Of a stretch of DNA of 64,000 nucleotides, positions 37,636 to 49,862 are shown piece by piece (position 1 is the first letter of the stretch; the number at the start of each line of letters is the position of its first letter). This DNA is from Escherichia coli (GTDB lineage Bacteria > Pseudomonadota > Gammaproteobacteria > Enterobacterales > Enterobacteriaceae), in assembly GCF_003334765.1 (NCBI RefSeq), contig NZ_QOWT01000002.1, one strand, 5' to 3'. The notes under the pieces were generated by a model, which searched no databases, was not told the DNA's origin, and saw only the letters and a program-made list of their open reading frames with translations. Both the position numbers and the translations under genes were made by a program.

Positions 37636-38856
37636 CTATAAAGCCTGCAGCAAGCTGGCGAGTTCTCGATTGATCACCTGCTGGTTAAAATCGTGTTCGA
37701 CTTTTTCGCGCGCACGTTTGACGACCGGTGCCAGTTCGTCGGTGTCCAGTTGGCTAAACGCCGCCAGTCGTTGCGCCAGTGCACGGGCATCGTTCTCAGG
37801 CACCAGCCAGCCGGATTTGTCAGCCTCCACCAGTTCCGGTATTCCGCTATGCAGAGTAGAAACCACCGGAATGCCGACCGCCATCGCTTCCATTAGCGCC
37901 ACCGGAATGCCTTCCATATCACCATCCGCACCTGTAACCGATGGCAACAGGAAGACATCCGCGTCGTCGAGCATCGCTTTCACTTCATGGCTCGGTTTAA
38001 AGCCCGGCATCTCTACCACATCTTCCAGTTGATATTGTTCGATAAGGGTGCGCAGGCGTCGTTCCCACGGGCCAATGCCGAGGATGCGATAGCGAAATGC
38101 CACGCCCTGCTCTTTCAACTGACGGCAGGCTTCGATCGCCACATGCAGGCCTTTTTTCTCGGTTAAGCGTGCAACGGAAATGATTTCCAGCGGCGTTGCG
38201 GGCGCTTTCACCGGACGCGGACTAAAGCGCGTCATGTCCACGCCCATGCGCGATACGGCGATTTTTTCCCTCGGGCATCCCATTTTTTGCAGCCTTCCGG
38301 CCCACAGATCGCTGATCGGTAGCATCAGGTCGCCACGGCGGAACAGTTGCTGATATTCGGGAGTGTAGTGGTTGAGCACTTCCCGACTGGAGATATCAAT
38401 GCCGTGGAAGATAGTAGCGATTTTGCCGCGTATGACACCCAGTTCCCGTAGTTTTGCTGCGGTTACCCCCGCAGGGCCAAAATGAGCGATAAAGACATCG
38501 GCATAAAATGGTGTTGAGACCTGGCCGCAAATGGCAGACAAAATCAGGTTCCGCGACTCTGCGCCATAGCGTTTGAGGTTGAGCGCCTGCCAGGTATTTT
38601 TACGATGAATGCCGCGTAAGGTCTGGCTGGCGCGGTGGCGCAGTTTCGCCACTTTGCCCGTAGGTTCGTCCTGTAACCAGCGGGTTCTGGCGGCAAGGTT
38701 GTATTTCGTCCATGCCGCGTGGGTGTTCTGGGTGTCGCCTTTTTGCAGCGCGACAATCTCCACTTCAAAGCCCATATCAATAAACGCAGTGATTTGGTTA
38801 AGAACGAAGGTTTCCGACGACAGCGGAAATTTCAGTAAAAAGAAGCCGACCTTCAT
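37636..38856 (-). CDS. wcaL: Colanic acid glycosyltransferase WcaL
   Basis: 406-aa GT4-type ORF; synteny. Confidence 0.9.
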   Translation of the reverse strand: MKVGFFLLKFPLSSETFVLNQITAFIDMGFEVEIVALQKGDTQNTHAAWTKYNLAARTRWLQDEPTGKVAKLRHRASQTLRGIHRKNTWQALNLKRYGAESRNLILSAICGQVSTPFYADVFIAHFGPAGVTAAKLRELGVIRGKIATIFHGIDISSREVLNHYTPEYQQLFRRGDLMLPISDLWAGRLQKMGCPREKIAVSRMGVDMTRFSPRPVKAPATPLEIISVARLTEKKGLHVAIEACRQLKEQGVAFRYRILGIGPWERRLRTLIEQYQLEDVVEMPGFKPSHEVKAMLDDADVFLLPSVTGADGDMEGIPVALMEAMAVGIPVVSTLHSGIPELVEADKSGWLVPENDARALAQRLAAFSQLDTDELAPVVKRAREKVEHDFNQQVINRELASLLQAL

Positions 38857-40133
38857 TTCGCCTCCCCAATGCGTTCAAGCACAGATTGCACCATCCGCAT
38901 TCCCATCTGACGTTCGCGACTGACGGCTTCGCTAAGTCGTGCGTTCAGCGCCGGAAGATGGCCTAAGGTATCCGCAACCATCGCTTGCAGGCTACCGTCC
39001 AGTAAATGACGGATATCAATCGCCATCTCTGGTAGCCCCAGCTGCTGCATAATCCCGGCGGATTTATGTTCGTAGTTGATGGCAATTGCCGGAGTGGAGA
39101 AATTCATCGAGATAATGGCTGAGTGCAGACGCGTACCGACGGTGAGTTGACAGGCTCCAAGAATTTTGCCCATTTCCAGATCATTGAGTTCATCCATCAC
39201 TACGTGGTAACGGGCAGGATCGCTGATGTGCTGGCGCAGGTTGAGCGCCACCATGCGGTCGTCTTTGTTATAGCTGTCGATGCCCGTACAAGTGGAGAGC
39301 GCAATGACCTGATACCCTTCGTCGAGGGTGCGATTGACCACCCCGGCAAAGGCTTTTTCATACGCTTGTTGAGTGGTGCCGAGACGTTTGTCGAACGGTG
39401 CCAGTTCGCGCAGGGTAATGGCCACCGTTTTCTGTTGTGCGGCAACGTCCAGCCAGTGTTGAACGGCATAGCTGGCGGTGAAATCTTCTGTGTGGTGATC
39501 GACCAGCCACGCGGTATCGACGCCATGTTCAACTTTTGCAGTGGTGATATTGCTGCGTTTCATCAAATCAAGGCTGACCGATTCGCGCAGGATCAGCGCG
39601 TCGCAGTGACCAAAAACGTAGTTTGCCAGTTGGTTAAATTGCTCATCCTGGAAGGGACCGACGCTGTGACCAATCATAAACAGCGGCTTTTTCGCCATAA
39701 ACGTGCAAAGTGCGTGTTCAAACTGCGGCACACCATAGAGATCGACAAAAAACGATCCGCCGACCTGAATAATGGCGTCGTAACCTGACAGCAAGCGCAC
39801 GAAGTCGGTGAATCCCTGGGCGATGGCGATATTACGCAGCTTGCCAGTGTCGGTGACGCGTGAGAGCAATACCTGATGCTGGTAGCGGCGACGGAGGACT
39901 TTTTTAACGCGCCCGACAACGCCCGCCGCGCTGTTTTGTTGTTTCATTTGCAGGAACAGCGGATCGCCCATTACCGGGCGGTTGAGCAGCCAGGAAGAAC
40001 TGACCGGATAGCGGCTCATCACGTCCACTTCGGCATGTGGATTGAGGATGTTGATGGCATCAAGTAAGCCGCGCAGGATGGCGCTGTCGCCGCGGTTGCC
40101 GCAAGTGTGGTTGCCCAGAATCAGTAATTTCAT
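38853..40133 (-). CDS. wcaK: Colanic acid pyruvyl transferase WcaK
   Basis: 426-aa ORF; synteny. Confidence 0.9.
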   Translation of the reverse strand: MKLLILGNHTCGNRGDSAILRGLLDAINILNPHAEVDVMSRYPVSSSWLLNRPVMGDPLFLQMKQQNSAAGVVGRVKKVLRRRYQHQVLLSRVTDTGKLRNIAIAQGFTDFVRLLSGYDAIIQVGGSFFVDLYGVPQFEHALCTFMAKKPLFMIGHSVGPFQDEQFNQLANYVFGHCDALILRESVSLDLMKRSNITTAKVEHGVDTAWLVDHHTEDFTASYAVQHWLDVAAQQKTVAITLRELAPFDKRLGTTQQAYEKAFAGVVNRTLDEGYQVIALSTCTGIDSYNKDDRMVALNLRQHISDPARYHVVMDELNDLEMGKILGACQLTVGTRLHSAIISMNFSTPAIAINYEHKSAGIMQQLGLPEMAIDIRHLLDGSLQAMVADTLGHLPALNARLSEAVSRERQMGMRMVQSVLERIGEAK

Positions 40134-40204
40134 TTTTTCCTCATAAATTTGATGCCAGGTGAGGTTATGTTGTTGTTTTTATTGCCGTAGCCTAAAACAA
40201 CCAT

Positions 40205-41683
40205 TCACCCCGCCCGTAAAAGCATTTTCATTTTTTCGCTGCGACAAAACTGACGCTTCACTTCCACCACCAGCGGATGGCGCGACAGCACAATCATCAC
40301 CACAAACGCCAGCACGCCCGCGGCTATTTGCACCGCCAGCAGCATGCCCAGAGCCATTTGCCCTTTCAGTACAATGCCCAGCGCATAACTGATCACCAGT
40401 GTCGGCAGCGAGAGATAAAACGGCAGCCACAAACTCAGGATGTACTGACGATAACTGGAACCGAGCACCGGTTTAATCATCACGAAGTAACTCAGAATGG
40501 TGTTGATAATCTGCACCAGCAGGAAGCCAAGCGTGACGCCGATTGCGCCCGCCATCTGCCCACCAATAACAATCGCCGGAATAAACAGAAAGGTTTTGAA
40601 TACGTTGAATTTAAAGCTGATATCGACCCGCGCTTTCGCCATCAGCAGCGAACCAATCGGGTTCCCCACTGAGCGCAGCAGCCCCACCACACACAGCAAT
40701 TGCAGCACCGGAATAATGCTGTTCCACTTCTCACCAAAGACCAGCGGTACAAAGTTATTCGACACCACCATCAGCCCCAGCAGCGCCGGAAAGTTGATAA
40801 TCCCCACCACCGACAGCAGCTTGTAGAAGTTAACGCGCAGCTTTTCGGTGTCGTCCTGAATTTTGGCAAATGCCGGAAACAACACGCGGGTGATGATCGG
40901 ATTCAGCTTCATCGGCGGCACAACGGCCACGTTGTACGCCAGGTTGTATCCCCCTGCTACGCCCGCGCCGAGAATACGCGCCAGCACCAGCGTTGAAAGG
41001 TTGGTATTGAGATAGTTGATGATGCTGTCCGCCGTCAGCCAGGCACCAAAACGTAAGTTTGGTGCCACCGACGCCAGCGAGAAATGCAGACCGGGGCAAT
41101 AAATTTTTCGACCAAAGTAGCCAAACAGCAGCGTTCTTACCGCACTATTGACCAGATAACCGAGGATCGCGGTCATCGCCAGCGGCCAGAAATGGGCGCT
41201 AACCACCGTAAAAGTGAAGCCCGCCAGCACCGCGCTGGTTTCGATCATGCCGATTTTGTTGAACTCCAGCTCCTTCTGCATCAACGCGCGGAACTGCTGC
41301 CCGTGGGGGATCACCACAAACGCCAGCGACAATGTTTTAATCAACGGTGCCAGGTCCGGGTTATTCAGCACGTCGCCGATGAGATCACTCAACAAAAACA
41401 CCGCCACGCACACCACGATCCCCAGCCCGACGTTCAGCCAGTACAGCGTGGTGAGTTCAAGGTGGCTGATTTCTTTTCGCTGAATAATCGAGTTAGCGAT
41501 GCCGAAGTCAGAAAGCGTATCTGCCAGCGCGATGATCACCAGCGACACGGTAAGCAAACCGAACTGGTGGTTGTCGATAATCCGCGCCAGCACGGTCATC
41601 TGCACCAGCCCGAGGCCGATGATGATCACCGTGGCAATCGCCGACCACTTCGCGCCGCTGATGGTTTTTTCACGTAAGCTCAT
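40205..41683 (-). CDS. wzxC: Colanic acid flippase
   Basis: 492-aa polytopic membrane ORF. Confidence 0.9.
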   Translation of the reverse strand: MSLREKTISGAKWSAIATVIIIGLGLVQMTVLARIIDNHQFGLLTVSLVIIALADTLSDFGIANSIIQRKEISHLELTTLYWLNVGLGIVVCVAVFLLSDLIGDVLNNPDLAPLIKTLSLAFVVIPHGQQFRALMQKELEFNKIGMIETSAVLAGFTFTVVSAHFWPLAMTAILGYLVNSAVRTLLFGYFGRKIYCPGLHFSLASVAPNLRFGAWLTADSIINYLNTNLSTLVLARILGAGVAGGYNLAYNVAVVPPMKLNPIITRVLFPAFAKIQDDTEKLRVNFYKLLSVVGIINFPALLGLMVVSNNFVPLVFGEKWNSIIPVLQLLCVVGLLRSVGNPIGSLLMAKARVDISFKFNVFKTFLFIPAIVIGGQMAGAIGVTLGFLLVQIINTILSYFVMIKPVLGSSYRQYILSLWLPFYLSLPTLVISYALGIVLKGQMALGMLLAVQIAAGVLAFVVMIVLSRHPLVVEVKRQFCRSEKMKMLLRAG

Positions 41684-41684
41684 A

Positions 41685-43079
41685 TCAATATGCCGCTTTG
41701 TTAACGAAACCCTTGAATACCGTCAGGAAAACGATTTTGATATCGAACCAGACGCTCCATTCGCGGATGTACTCAAGGTCGAACTCGACGCGTTTTTCCA
41801 TTTTCTCCAGCGTGTCGGTTTCGCCACGCCAGCCATTAATCTGCGCCCAGCCGGTAATGCCCGGTTTCACCTTATGGCGCAGCATGTAGCCTTCAATGAG
41901 CTGGCGATACTGTTCGTTATGCGCCACCGCGTGTGGACGTGGACCGACAATCGACATCCCCCCGGTCAGCACATTGATAAACTGCGGCAATTCATCCAGC
42001 GAGGTGCGGCGCAGAAAGTTCCCCACTTTGGTGACGCGCGGATCGTTCTGCGTCGCCTGAGTTACCACTTTGTCGTTCTCCATCACTTTCATCGAACGGA
42101 ACTTCCACACTTTGATCGGTTTGCCATCCATGCCGTAGCGAGTCTGGCGAAAAATAACCGGCCCTGGTGAACTGAGTTTTACCGCCAGAGCAATACAGCA
42201 CAGCACCGGGGAGATCAGCAGCAGAATAAGCGTCGCCAGCACAATATCTTCCGCACGTTTGAGCAGGCGGTTAACCCCGGAAAGCGGCGTGTCGTAAAGC
42301 GGCACCACCGGAACACCGTTCATCTCTTCGAGACGTGAATGGAGAATGTTGAAGGTAAAGACATCGGGGATCAGCAGCACCGAACAGGTGGTATCCGCCA
42401 GTTGATGGACCAGTTTTTTCACTCGTGCGCCGTCGCACATTTGCATCGCGATATAGACGTTATGAATCTTGCCCGCTTTCGCATCCTCGACCAGCTGTTG
42501 CAGATTGCCCGCCCAGTCGTTAGAAACGCCGCCCGGTTTTGGGTCGTGGTATACGCCCACCACTTCAAACCCTAACCACGGCTGATTACGGAAGCTCTCC
42601 ATCAGCATTTGTCCGGCGGCTAAATCCCCCGCCACCGCGACCATCCGCTTGTTATAGCCATGATTACGCAGCCAGCCCGCCCCAATGCGAATACATGAAC
42701 GGCAAACCACCAGTCCGATGCTGGTCAGCCCATACCACGCCAGCCAGATTTTCAGTTGCGTATCGAAATCATTGTTGAACGCCACCAGTCCGGCGCTGAA
42801 AATCACGCTTAAGGTCCAGTTTTGTAGCAGCAGGGCAAATTCTGTCGCTGCCCGAACACCGCGCCATGAGCGATAAAAATCGGTGATGCCACCCAGCATC
42901 TGGAACACCACCAGCGTAATCAGCGCCACCAACAGGTGCATGTAGAGGAATGACAGGCCGCTCACTTCGCAAACCAGCCATAGTCCGGCAAACATGATGG
43001 TGATATCTGAAAAGCGTTGCACCATAGAGATTAACGATGCATTGGTTTTCGCTCGCTCGCGCTTTTTTAGATTTGTCAT
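41685..43079 (-). CDS. wcaJ: UDP-glucose:undecaprenyl-phosphate glucose-1-phosphate transferase
   Basis: 464-aa ORF with bacterial sugar transferase C-terminal domain. Confidence 0.92.
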   Translation of the reverse strand: MTNLKKRERAKTNASLISMVQRFSDITIMFAGLWLVCEVSGLSFLYMHLLVALITLVVFQMLGGITDFYRSWRGVRAATEFALLLQNWTLSVIFSAGLVAFNNDFDTQLKIWLAWYGLTSIGLVVCRSCIRIGAGWLRNHGYNKRMVAVAGDLAAGQMLMESFRNQPWLGFEVVGVYHDPKPGGVSNDWAGNLQQLVEDAKAGKIHNVYIAMQMCDGARVKKLVHQLADTTCSVLLIPDVFTFNILHSRLEEMNGVPVVPLYDTPLSGVNRLLKRAEDIVLATLILLLISPVLCCIALAVKLSSPGPVIFRQTRYGMDGKPIKVWKFRSMKVMENDKVVTQATQNDPRVTKVGNFLRRTSLDELPQFINVLTGGMSIVGPRPHAVAHNEQYRQLIEGYMLRHKVKPGITGWAQINGWRGETDTLEKMEKRVEFDLEYIREWSVWFDIKIVFLTVFKGFVNKAAY

Positions 43080-43133
43080 CGTTGTTCCTGTTATTAGCCC
43101 CTTACCCGCAGTGGGGTAAGGGAAGATCCGACA

Positions 43134-44504
43134 TTACTCGTTCAGCAACGTCAGCAGAGTTCGCGTTCGCGCTTCCATTAGCGGCACATCACCGCGCGAT
43201 TCCACATTCAACCGCACCACCGGTTCGGTGTTGGAGGAACGCAGGTTAAAGCGCCAGTCGGCAAAGGTCATGCTGATGCCATCGGTGCGATCCACCGCCA
43301 GCGCCTCACGGCTAAAATGCTGTTCCACGCGGTTAATCGCCTCAACGGGTTGCGCCAGTTTGCTGTTGATCTCACCGCTTGCCGGAAACGCCGCCATCCG
43401 GTCGCGTACCAGTTCGCCCAGCGTTTTTCCTTTCAGGCATACCAGTTCGGCGACCAGCAGCCACGGGATCATGCCGCTGTCGCAGTAAGCGAAATCACGG
43501 AAGTAATGGTGGGCGCTCATTTCGCCACCGTAGATGGCGTCTTCCTTGCGCATACGTTCTTTAATAAAGGCGTGTCCGGTTTTCGACATCACCGGAGTGC
43601 CGCCTGCGGCAGTCACCACATCAACGGTGTTCCAGGAGAGACGTGGATCGTGGATGATCTTCGCGCCGGGATTTTTTTCGAGGAATGCTTCTGCCAGCAG
43701 GCCGACAATGTAGTAGCCCTCAATAAACTGCCCTTTTTCGTCAAACAGGAAACAGCGGTCAAAATCGCCATCAAAAGCAATGCCCATATCCGCGCCGTGT
43801 TTGATGACCGCATTGCGGGTGTCGTCGCGGCATTCCGGCAGCAGCGGGTTAGGAATACCGTTGGGGAAATTGCCGTCCGGCGTGTTATGCACTTTGATTA
43901 ACTCCACCGGTGCGCCGAGGGCTTTAAAGCGGGCTTCGATGGCGTCAACTACCGGACCCGCCGCGCCGTTCCCGGAGTTGATCACAAGTTTCAGCGGAGT
44001 AAGGTTTTTGACGTTGATATAACCGAACAGGTGATCAACGTAAGCGTCACGCAGATTGATTTGCTGATAGCGACCGCGTTTGGTTTCATCGACAGGAGGG
44101 AAGTCATTGGCTTCTGCCAGACGCTGGACATCGCGCAGTCCGGTATCACCGCTGATCGGGCGAGCCCCTTCGCGCACCAGTTTCATGCCGTTGTAATCCA
44201 TCGGATTATGGCTGGCAGTAACTTCGATGCCGCCATCCACGCCGAGATGGAACGTGGCGAAATAGATCTCTTCAGTGCCGGACGTGCCAATATCCAGCAC
44301 ATCGACGCCCGCATCCTGTAAACCTTTTGCCAGCGCCAGTTTTAAGGTTTCGCTGGTGAGGCGGACATCACCGCCTAAAACAATGGTTTTCGGTTTAAGA
44401 AATTCGCCATAGGCGCGACCAATACGCCAGGCAATATCTTCATTCAGTTCTTCGCCTAATTTCCCGCGAATATCATAGGCTTTAAAGCAGGTTAATTTTT
44501 TCAT
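43134..44504 (-). CDS. cpsG: Phosphomannomutase (colanic-acid copy)
   Basis: ORF 43134..44552; start [15 protein letters not shown] at 44504. Confidence 0.95.
   Translation of the reverse strand: MKKLTCFKAYDIRGKLGEELNEDIAWRIGRAYGEFLKPKTIVLGGDVRLTSETLKLALAKGLQDAGVDVLDIGTSGTEEIYFATFHLGVDGGIEVTASHNPMDYNGMKLVREGARPISGDTGLRDVQRLAEANDFPPVDETKRGRYQQINLRDAYVDHLFGYINVKNLTPLKLVINSGNGAAGPVVDAIEARFKALGAPVELIKVHNTPDGNFPNGIPNPLLPECRDDTRNAVIKHGADMGIAFDGDFDRCFLFDEKGQFIEGYYIVGLLAEAFLEKNPGAKIIHDPRLSWNTVDVVTAAGGTPVMSKTGHAFIKERMRKEDAIYGGEMSAHHYFRDFAYCDSGMIPWLLVAELVCLKGKTLGELVRDRMAAFPASGEINSKLAQPVEAINRVEQHFSREALAVDRTDGISMTFADWRFNLRSSNTEPVVRLNVESRGDVPLMEARTRTLLTLLNE
43390..44504 (-). repeat. Direct repeat R2, copy B (~1.1 kb; 5' part of cpsG)
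   Basis: See copy A. Confidence 0.85.
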
Positions 44505-44605
44505 GTCGTTACCCTTTTTCAGGCAATAGTTGGCCCTGACCGAAGCGGCCAATTTTGTTTTTGTCGTTATTTACCAGAGAATTAATCCGGTTGATTATTC
44601 AACTA

Positions 44606-46042
44606 CTACACCCGCCCGTAGCGATCCGCGAAGCGCACCACATCATCCTCTTCGAGATAAGAGCCGGAGCGCACTTCAATTAAATCGAGCGGAATTTTCC
44701 CCGGGTTTTCCAGGCAATGTGTCGCCCCCAGCGGAATATAAATGGACTCGTTTTCACCAAGCAGTTTGATATCACCGTCAATAGTGACTTTTGCCGTTCC
44801 TGCGACCACCACCCAGTGTTCCGCGCGGTGATGATGCATCTGTACCGACAAGCCCTCGCCCGGTTTCACGGTGATGCGTTTCACCTGGTAGCGGTCGCCC
44901 GCATCAATAGAGTCATATTTGCCCCACGGACGATACACTTCACGATGCACCCGATGCTCATGGCGACCGTCGGCTTTGATCTGCTCGACCACTTTTTTCA
45001 CATCCTGCACCGCGTTACGGTCGGCAATCAGCACTGCATCTTTGGTCTGCACTACCACCAAATCTTTCACCCCGACGGTGGTGACCAGGCCAGATTCGGC
45101 ATACACATAGCTGTTTTCAGTTTTGTGATTAATCACATCGCCGTGGCAAACGTTGCCCTCGGCGGTGTGGGCGCTGATCTCCCATAATGAAGACCAGGAA
45201 CCGACATCGCTCCAGCCCGCATCCATCGGCACCACAACGGCATCTGCCGTACGTTCCATGACCGCGTAATCCACCGACTCTTCCGGGCAGGCCAGAAAGG
45301 CTTCTTCATCCACGCGAATAAAATCGAGATCCAGATCGACGGCGCTCATCGCTTTTTCGCAGGCATCGAGGATATCCGGGCGATATTTTTTCAGTTCTTC
45401 GAGATAGCGTCCGGCACGGAACAGGAACATACCGCTGTTCCAGTAATATTCGCCGCTTGCTACATAGGCCTGCGCGGTTTCCAGATTCGGTTTTTCGACA
45501 AACTGCGCCACTTCAAAGGCCACCGTATCCTGCTCGCCCGCAGACACTTCACCGCGACGAATATAGCCATAACCGGTTTCTGGTAGATCCGGCACAATGC
45601 CGAAGGTGACCAGCTTGCCCGCTTCGGCATACGGCATGGCATTACGCACGGCGGCGCGGAACGCGTCTTCGTCGGCAATCACATGATCTGCCGCCAGGAC
45701 CAACATTAACGGATCGCTGTCCGGACTATGACGTTTTGCCGCCAGCGCCGCCAACGCAATGGCAGGTGCAGTGTTACGCCCTGCCGGTTCGAGAATAATG
45801 TTCTCGGTGAGTTTGTTCAGTTGACGCAGCTGTTCCGCGACAATAAAGCGGTGCTGCTCATTGCAAATCACCACCGGGCTTTCGCACTCCACGCCGTTCA
45901 GGCGGCAGATGGTGGTTTGCAGCATGGTAAGATCGCCTTTCAGGCATAAAAACTGCTTGGGATAAAGTACGCGGGAAAGCGGCCATAAGCGGCTACCGGA
46001 GCCACCTGCCATCACAACTGGATAGAGTTTCGACTGCGACAT
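44606..46042 (-). CDS. cpsB: Mannose-1-phosphate guanylyltransferase (colanic-acid copy)
   Basis: 478-aa [27 protein letters not shown]. Confidence 0.95.
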   Translation of the reverse strand: MSQSKLYPVVMAGGSGSRLWPLSRVLYPKQFLCLKGDLTMLQTTICRLNGVECESPVVICNEQHRFIVAEQLRQLNKLTENIILEPAGRNTAPAIALAALAAKRHSPDSDPLMLVLAADHVIADEDAFRAAVRNAMPYAEAGKLVTFGIVPDLPETGYGYIRRGEVSAGEQDTVAFEVAQFVEKPNLETAQAYVASGEYYWNSGMFLFRAGRYLEELKKYRPDILDACEKAMSAVDLDLDFIRVDEEAFLACPEESVDYAVMERTADAVVVPMDAGWSDVGSWSSLWEISAHTAEGNVCHGDVINHKTENSYVYAESGLVTTVGVKDLVVVQTKDAVLIADRNAVQDVKKVVEQIKADGRHEHRVHREVYRPWGKYDSIDAGDRYQVKRITVKPGEGLSVQMHHHRAEHWVVVAGTAKVTIDGDIKLLGENESIYIPLGATHCLENPGKIPLDLIEVRSGSYLEEDDVVRFADRYGRV

Positions 46043-46044
46043 AA

Positions 46045-47268
46045 TTATCCCCGAATATCATGTATAAATTGACGTAACACGTTCTCTTTATCGAGCGTGC
46101 GTTCAGCATATTCACGTGCCACCGTGTTGTGTTTGGGCAGCAGGAGCGCCTGACGGATCCCCGCCACCAGCGCCTCGACCGATTCTGGTTCTACGCAAAC
46201 CGCAATTCCTGAGAAGGTTTCGCAAAGCTGCCCCAGTTCTGTGTGGGCTTCTGCGGTAATCACCGCGTTACCGCCTACCGCCAGAATATTGGTCAGTTTC
46301 GACGGCAATACGGCATCTGCCGCACCGCGTTTTTGCACCACCAGATGGCAATCGCCCATCTTCAGCAGTGCGGGTAAAGCGTCATACGATTGCAGCGGGA
46401 AAAATTGCATATTGCGCAGTCCGCGCTGCTGCGCCATTTTTTCCAGCCGCGCTTTGCCGCCGCCCTGCCCGACAATGGCAAAAATCAGCGGTTCATCGCG
46501 CAGGCGATCGGCAGCTTCAATAACGTTTTCCAGCCCCTGCTTTTCACCAATATTGCCGGAGTAAAGAATGATTTTTTTGTTATCCGGCAGGCCAAGTTGG
46601 TTACGAAGTGCAGCAACATCGGCGTCTGCGACATGCTGAAAACGGGCGATTTCCGACCAGTTGGGGAAGAAAATGACGTTTTCCGCCGCCACGCCTTTTT
46701 CAACGGCTTTATTCATCATCGAACGCGAAATCGTGGAGACGTTATCGACGTTATGCAGTCCGCTACGTTCGAAGGCTGTCGCCAGCTGTGCCACTTTGCC
46801 GCCTTTACCTTTTCCGGCAAGGCCCAGCCCCAGCATGGCATCTACTTCGTAATCCTGAATATGCAGCACGGTACGCGCACCAGAGAGTTTCGCCAGCAGG
46901 CGCATTCCCGGCGTGCAAAACAGCGTTGGTACTACGCCGATAATGCGATCCGGCTTCCAGCGACGTTGAGCCATCAGGGGAAAAAAACTGCTGGCGGCAA
47001 AGCTGCCGAGATGTAACAGGCGTTTCAGGGTGCTCGGCTGTTTTGGCACATACAGCGGGCAGCGCCACACCGTGGCGGCCCCCTCTTCTCGTTTGTACCG
47101 CCAGGCGGAATAGTTCTCGCCCACCTGCCACTGCGGGTAGTACGGCGGTGCGGTAATGACCCGCACCTCATGACCTTGTGCTGCCAGCCATTCCACCATC
47201 TCGCCGGTGTATTTGCCGATGCCGGTTAACTCCGGCGAGTAGTTAATGCCGTAGACCAGTATTTTCAT
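46045..47268 (-). CDS. wcaI: Colanic acid glycosyltransferase WcaI
   Basis: 407-aa GT4-type ORF. Confidence 0.9.
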   Translation of the reverse strand: MKILVYGINYSPELTGIGKYTGEMVEWLAAQGHEVRVITAPPYYPQWQVGENYSAWRYKREEGAATVWRCPLYVPKQPSTLKRLLHLGSFAASSFFPLMAQRRWKPDRIIGVVPTLFCTPGMRLLAKLSGARTVLHIQDYEVDAMLGLGLAGKGKGGKVAQLATAFERSGLHNVDNVSTISRSMMNKAVEKGVAAENVIFFPNWSEIARFQHVADADVAALRNQLGLPDNKKIILYSGNIGEKQGLENVIEAADRLRDEPLIFAIVGQGGGKARLEKMAQQRGLRNMQFFPLQSYDALPALLKMGDCHLVVQKRGAADAVLPSKLTNILAVGGNAVITAEAHTELGQLCETFSGIAVCVEPESVEALVAGIRQALLLPKHNTVAREYAERTLDKENVLRQFIHDIRG

Positions 47269-47747
47269 AATCCGGGTACTCCGGCACGCTTCTCAGCGAG
47301 AAAATAGGCGCGGCTGTTAGCGTGAACATCGTCACTGGCGAGCAGCGCGTCCGGCGTCAGCCAGCGGTAATCGTCATGCTGCTCATCCGGCAGTAATAGT
47401 TCCTCTTCCGCGACTCTGAAGCGAAAACCGAGCACTACATAGTGCGTGGTGAAATCCGTGCCGGAGAAGTTATCGTCATAAAAGTGCTGCCAGACACCGT
47501 AAAACTGGCCCGCTGTCATCGGCAGACGCAGCCCCAGTTCCGCCATCGTCAGCCGCTCAAATGCGGCTTCCAGCGTTTCGTCCTTCTGCACGCGCCCTCC
47601 CGGCACAAACCAGTAACCCTGTGCCGGGCGGTTGGTTCTTTTGCCAAGCAGAAACTCGCCGCGGCTGTTCTCGACAATAAAGTCGAGAGAGACAAGCGGA
47701 GTGGAGCGCACTACCGTGGCAAAGTCTTCCTGACGTAAAAACATCAT
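47265..47747 (-). CDS. gmm: GDP-mannose mannosyl hydrolase (colanic-acid copy)
   Basis: 160-aa Nudix ORF. Confidence 0.95.
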   Translation of the reverse strand: MMFLRQEDFATVVRSTPLVSLDFIVENSRGEFLLGKRTNRPAQGYWFVPGGRVQKDETLEAAFERLTMAELGLRLPMTAGQFYGVWQHFYDDNFSGTDFTTHYVVLGFRFRVAEEELLLPDEQHDDYRWLTPDALLASDDVHANSRAYFLAEKRAGVPGL

Positions 47748-48712
47748 TACCCCCGAAAGCGGTCTTGATTCTCAAGGAACCACTGGTAAGTGCTGGCAAG
47801 CCCCGCTTCCAGTGAGATTTCGTGATACCAGCCAAGCTGATGCAGGCGCGTCACATCCAGCAGTTTGCGCGGTGTGCCATCCGGTTTACTGGCATCGAAA
47901 ACCACCCGGCCTTTGTAACCCACCACTTTGGCGATGGTTTGCGCCAGCTCGCGGATAGTGCAGTCAACACCCGTGCCGACGTTAATGTGCGACAGCATCG
48001 GCTGGGTGTTCTCCAGCCAGACTTCGTGCGCCAGCTCCATGACATGAATGCTTGCCGCCGCCATATCATCGACATGCAGAAATTCGCGCATCGGCGTACC
48101 GCTGCCCCACACCACCACGTCCGGTGCATTCTGTGCTGTCGCCTCGTGGAAGCGGCGCAGCAATGCGGGGATCACATGCGAATTATTCGGATGGAAGTTG
48201 TCGTGCGGCCCGTACAGGTTGGTCGGCATGACAGAGCGATAATCGCATCCATACTGGCGGTTGTAAGATTCGCACAGTTTGATCCCGGCGATTTTGGCAA
48301 TGGCGTATGGCTCGTTGGTCGGCTCCAGCGTGCCCTGTAACAGCTCGCCTTCTGCCATCGGCTGTTTTGCCAGTTTTGGGTAGATGCAGGACGATCCGAG
48401 AAACAGCAGTTTGTTCACGTCGTTCTGATGCGCAGCGTGAATGATGTTGCTCTCAATCATCATGTTCTGGTAGATGAAATCCGCCGGATAGGTGTTGTTG
48501 GCAACAATGCCGCCCACTTTCGCCGCCGCCAGATAGACCTGGTCAATACGTTCGCTGGCAAAGAAATCATGCACGGCGCGGCTGTCCAGCAGGTTCAGCT
48601 CGTCGCGGGTGCGTAATACCAGTTCCACATCACCGCGCTGTTCGAGCTGCCGCCTGATGGCAGAACCGACCATCCCGCGATGGCCAGCGATAAAAATGCG
48701 TTGTTTACTCAT
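47747..48712 (-). CDS. fcl: GDP-L-fucose synthase (colanic-acid copy)
   Basis: 321-aa ORF. Confidence 0.95.
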   Translation of the reverse strand: MSKQRIFIAGHRGMVGSAIRRQLEQRGDVELVLRTRDELNLLDSRAVHDFFASERIDQVYLAAAKVGGIVANNTYPADFIYQNMMIESNIIHAAHQNDVNKLLFLGSSCIYPKLAKQPMAEGELLQGTLEPTNEPYAIAKIAGIKLCESYNRQYGCDYRSVMPTNLYGPHDNFHPNNSHVIPALLRRFHEATAQNAPDVVVWGSGTPMREFLHVDDMAAASIHVMELAHEVWLENTQPMLSHINVGTGVDCTIRELAQTIAKVVGYKGRVVFDASKPDGTPRKLLDVTRLHQLGWYHEISLEAGLASTYQWFLENQDRFRG

Positions 48713-48714
48713 GC

Positions 48715-49836
48715 TTATGACTCCAGCGCGATCGCCACGTCGTAGCCGTGAGATTTCAGCAGAGAGTGTTTTTTCGCCGCCTCGAGGTCATTAGCCACCA
48801 TTTCAGACACCATCTCTCTGAGGGTGATTTCCGGTTTCCAGCCCAGTTTTTCGTGCGCTTTAGTCGGGTCGCCGAGCAGCGTTTCAACTTCAGCCGGACG
48901 GAAGTAACGCGGGTCAACGGCGATAATCACATCCCCCGGTTTAACGCCCGGCGCGTCATGCCCGGTGACGGAAACCACAATGCCCTTCTCTTCAACGCCC
49001 GTGCCTTCAAAGCGCAGTTTGATGCCCAGCTGTGCTGCCGCCATTTCTACGAACTGACGCACGGAGTACTGAACGCCGGTAGCAATAACGAAATCTTCTG
49101 GCTGTTCCTGTTGCAGCATCATCCACTGCATTTTTACGTAGTCTTTGGCGTGGCCCCAGTCACGCAGGGAATCCATATTGCCGAGGTACAGGCACGACTC
49201 CAGCCCCTGGGCGATGTTGGCGATTGCGCGGGTTATTTTGCGGGTAACGAAGGTTTCGCCACGGCGCGGGGATTCATGGTTGAAGAGAATACCGTTGCAG
49301 GCGTACATGCCGTAGGATTCGCGGTAGTTAACGGTGATCCAGTAGGCGTACAGTTTGGCGACCGCATACGGAGATCGCGGGTAGAACGGCGTGGTTTCTT
49401 TCTGCGGAATTTCCTGCACCAGACCATACAGTTCAGAGGTGGAAGCCTGATAGAAACGGGTTTTCTTTTCCAGACCGAGGAAGCGGATCGCCTCGAGCAG
49501 GCGCAGCGTACCCATCGCGTCGACGTCAGCGGTATATTCCGGTGACTCAAAAGAAACCGCAACGTGGCTCATTGCGCCCAGGTTGTACACTTCATCCGGC
49601 TGCACTTCACGCAAAATACGCGTCAGGTTGGAGGTATCACTCAGGTCGCCATAATGCAGATGGAATTTCGGGTTACAGGTATGCGGATCCTGATAAATAT
49701 GATCCACGCGCTCGGTGTTGAATGACGATGCGCGACGCTTAATACCATGCACCTCGTAACCTTTTTCCAGCAGAAACTCTGCCAGGTAAGAACCGTCTTG
49801 TCCGGTTACACCGGTGATGAGAGCGACTTTTGACAT
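48715..49836 (-). CDS. gmd: GDP-mannose 4,6-dehydratase (colanic-acid copy)
   Basis: 373-aa [20 protein letters not shown]. Confidence 0.95.
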
Positions 49837-49862
49837 GTCTTATTCCTCTGTATTTTTTGAAT

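Larger units (their letters stand above)
47311..49836 (-). repeat. Direct repeat R1, copy B (~2.5 kb; colanic-acid gmm-fcl-gmd)
   Basis: See copy A; identity begins inside the gmm 3' end and stops at the gmd start codon. Confidence 0.85.
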
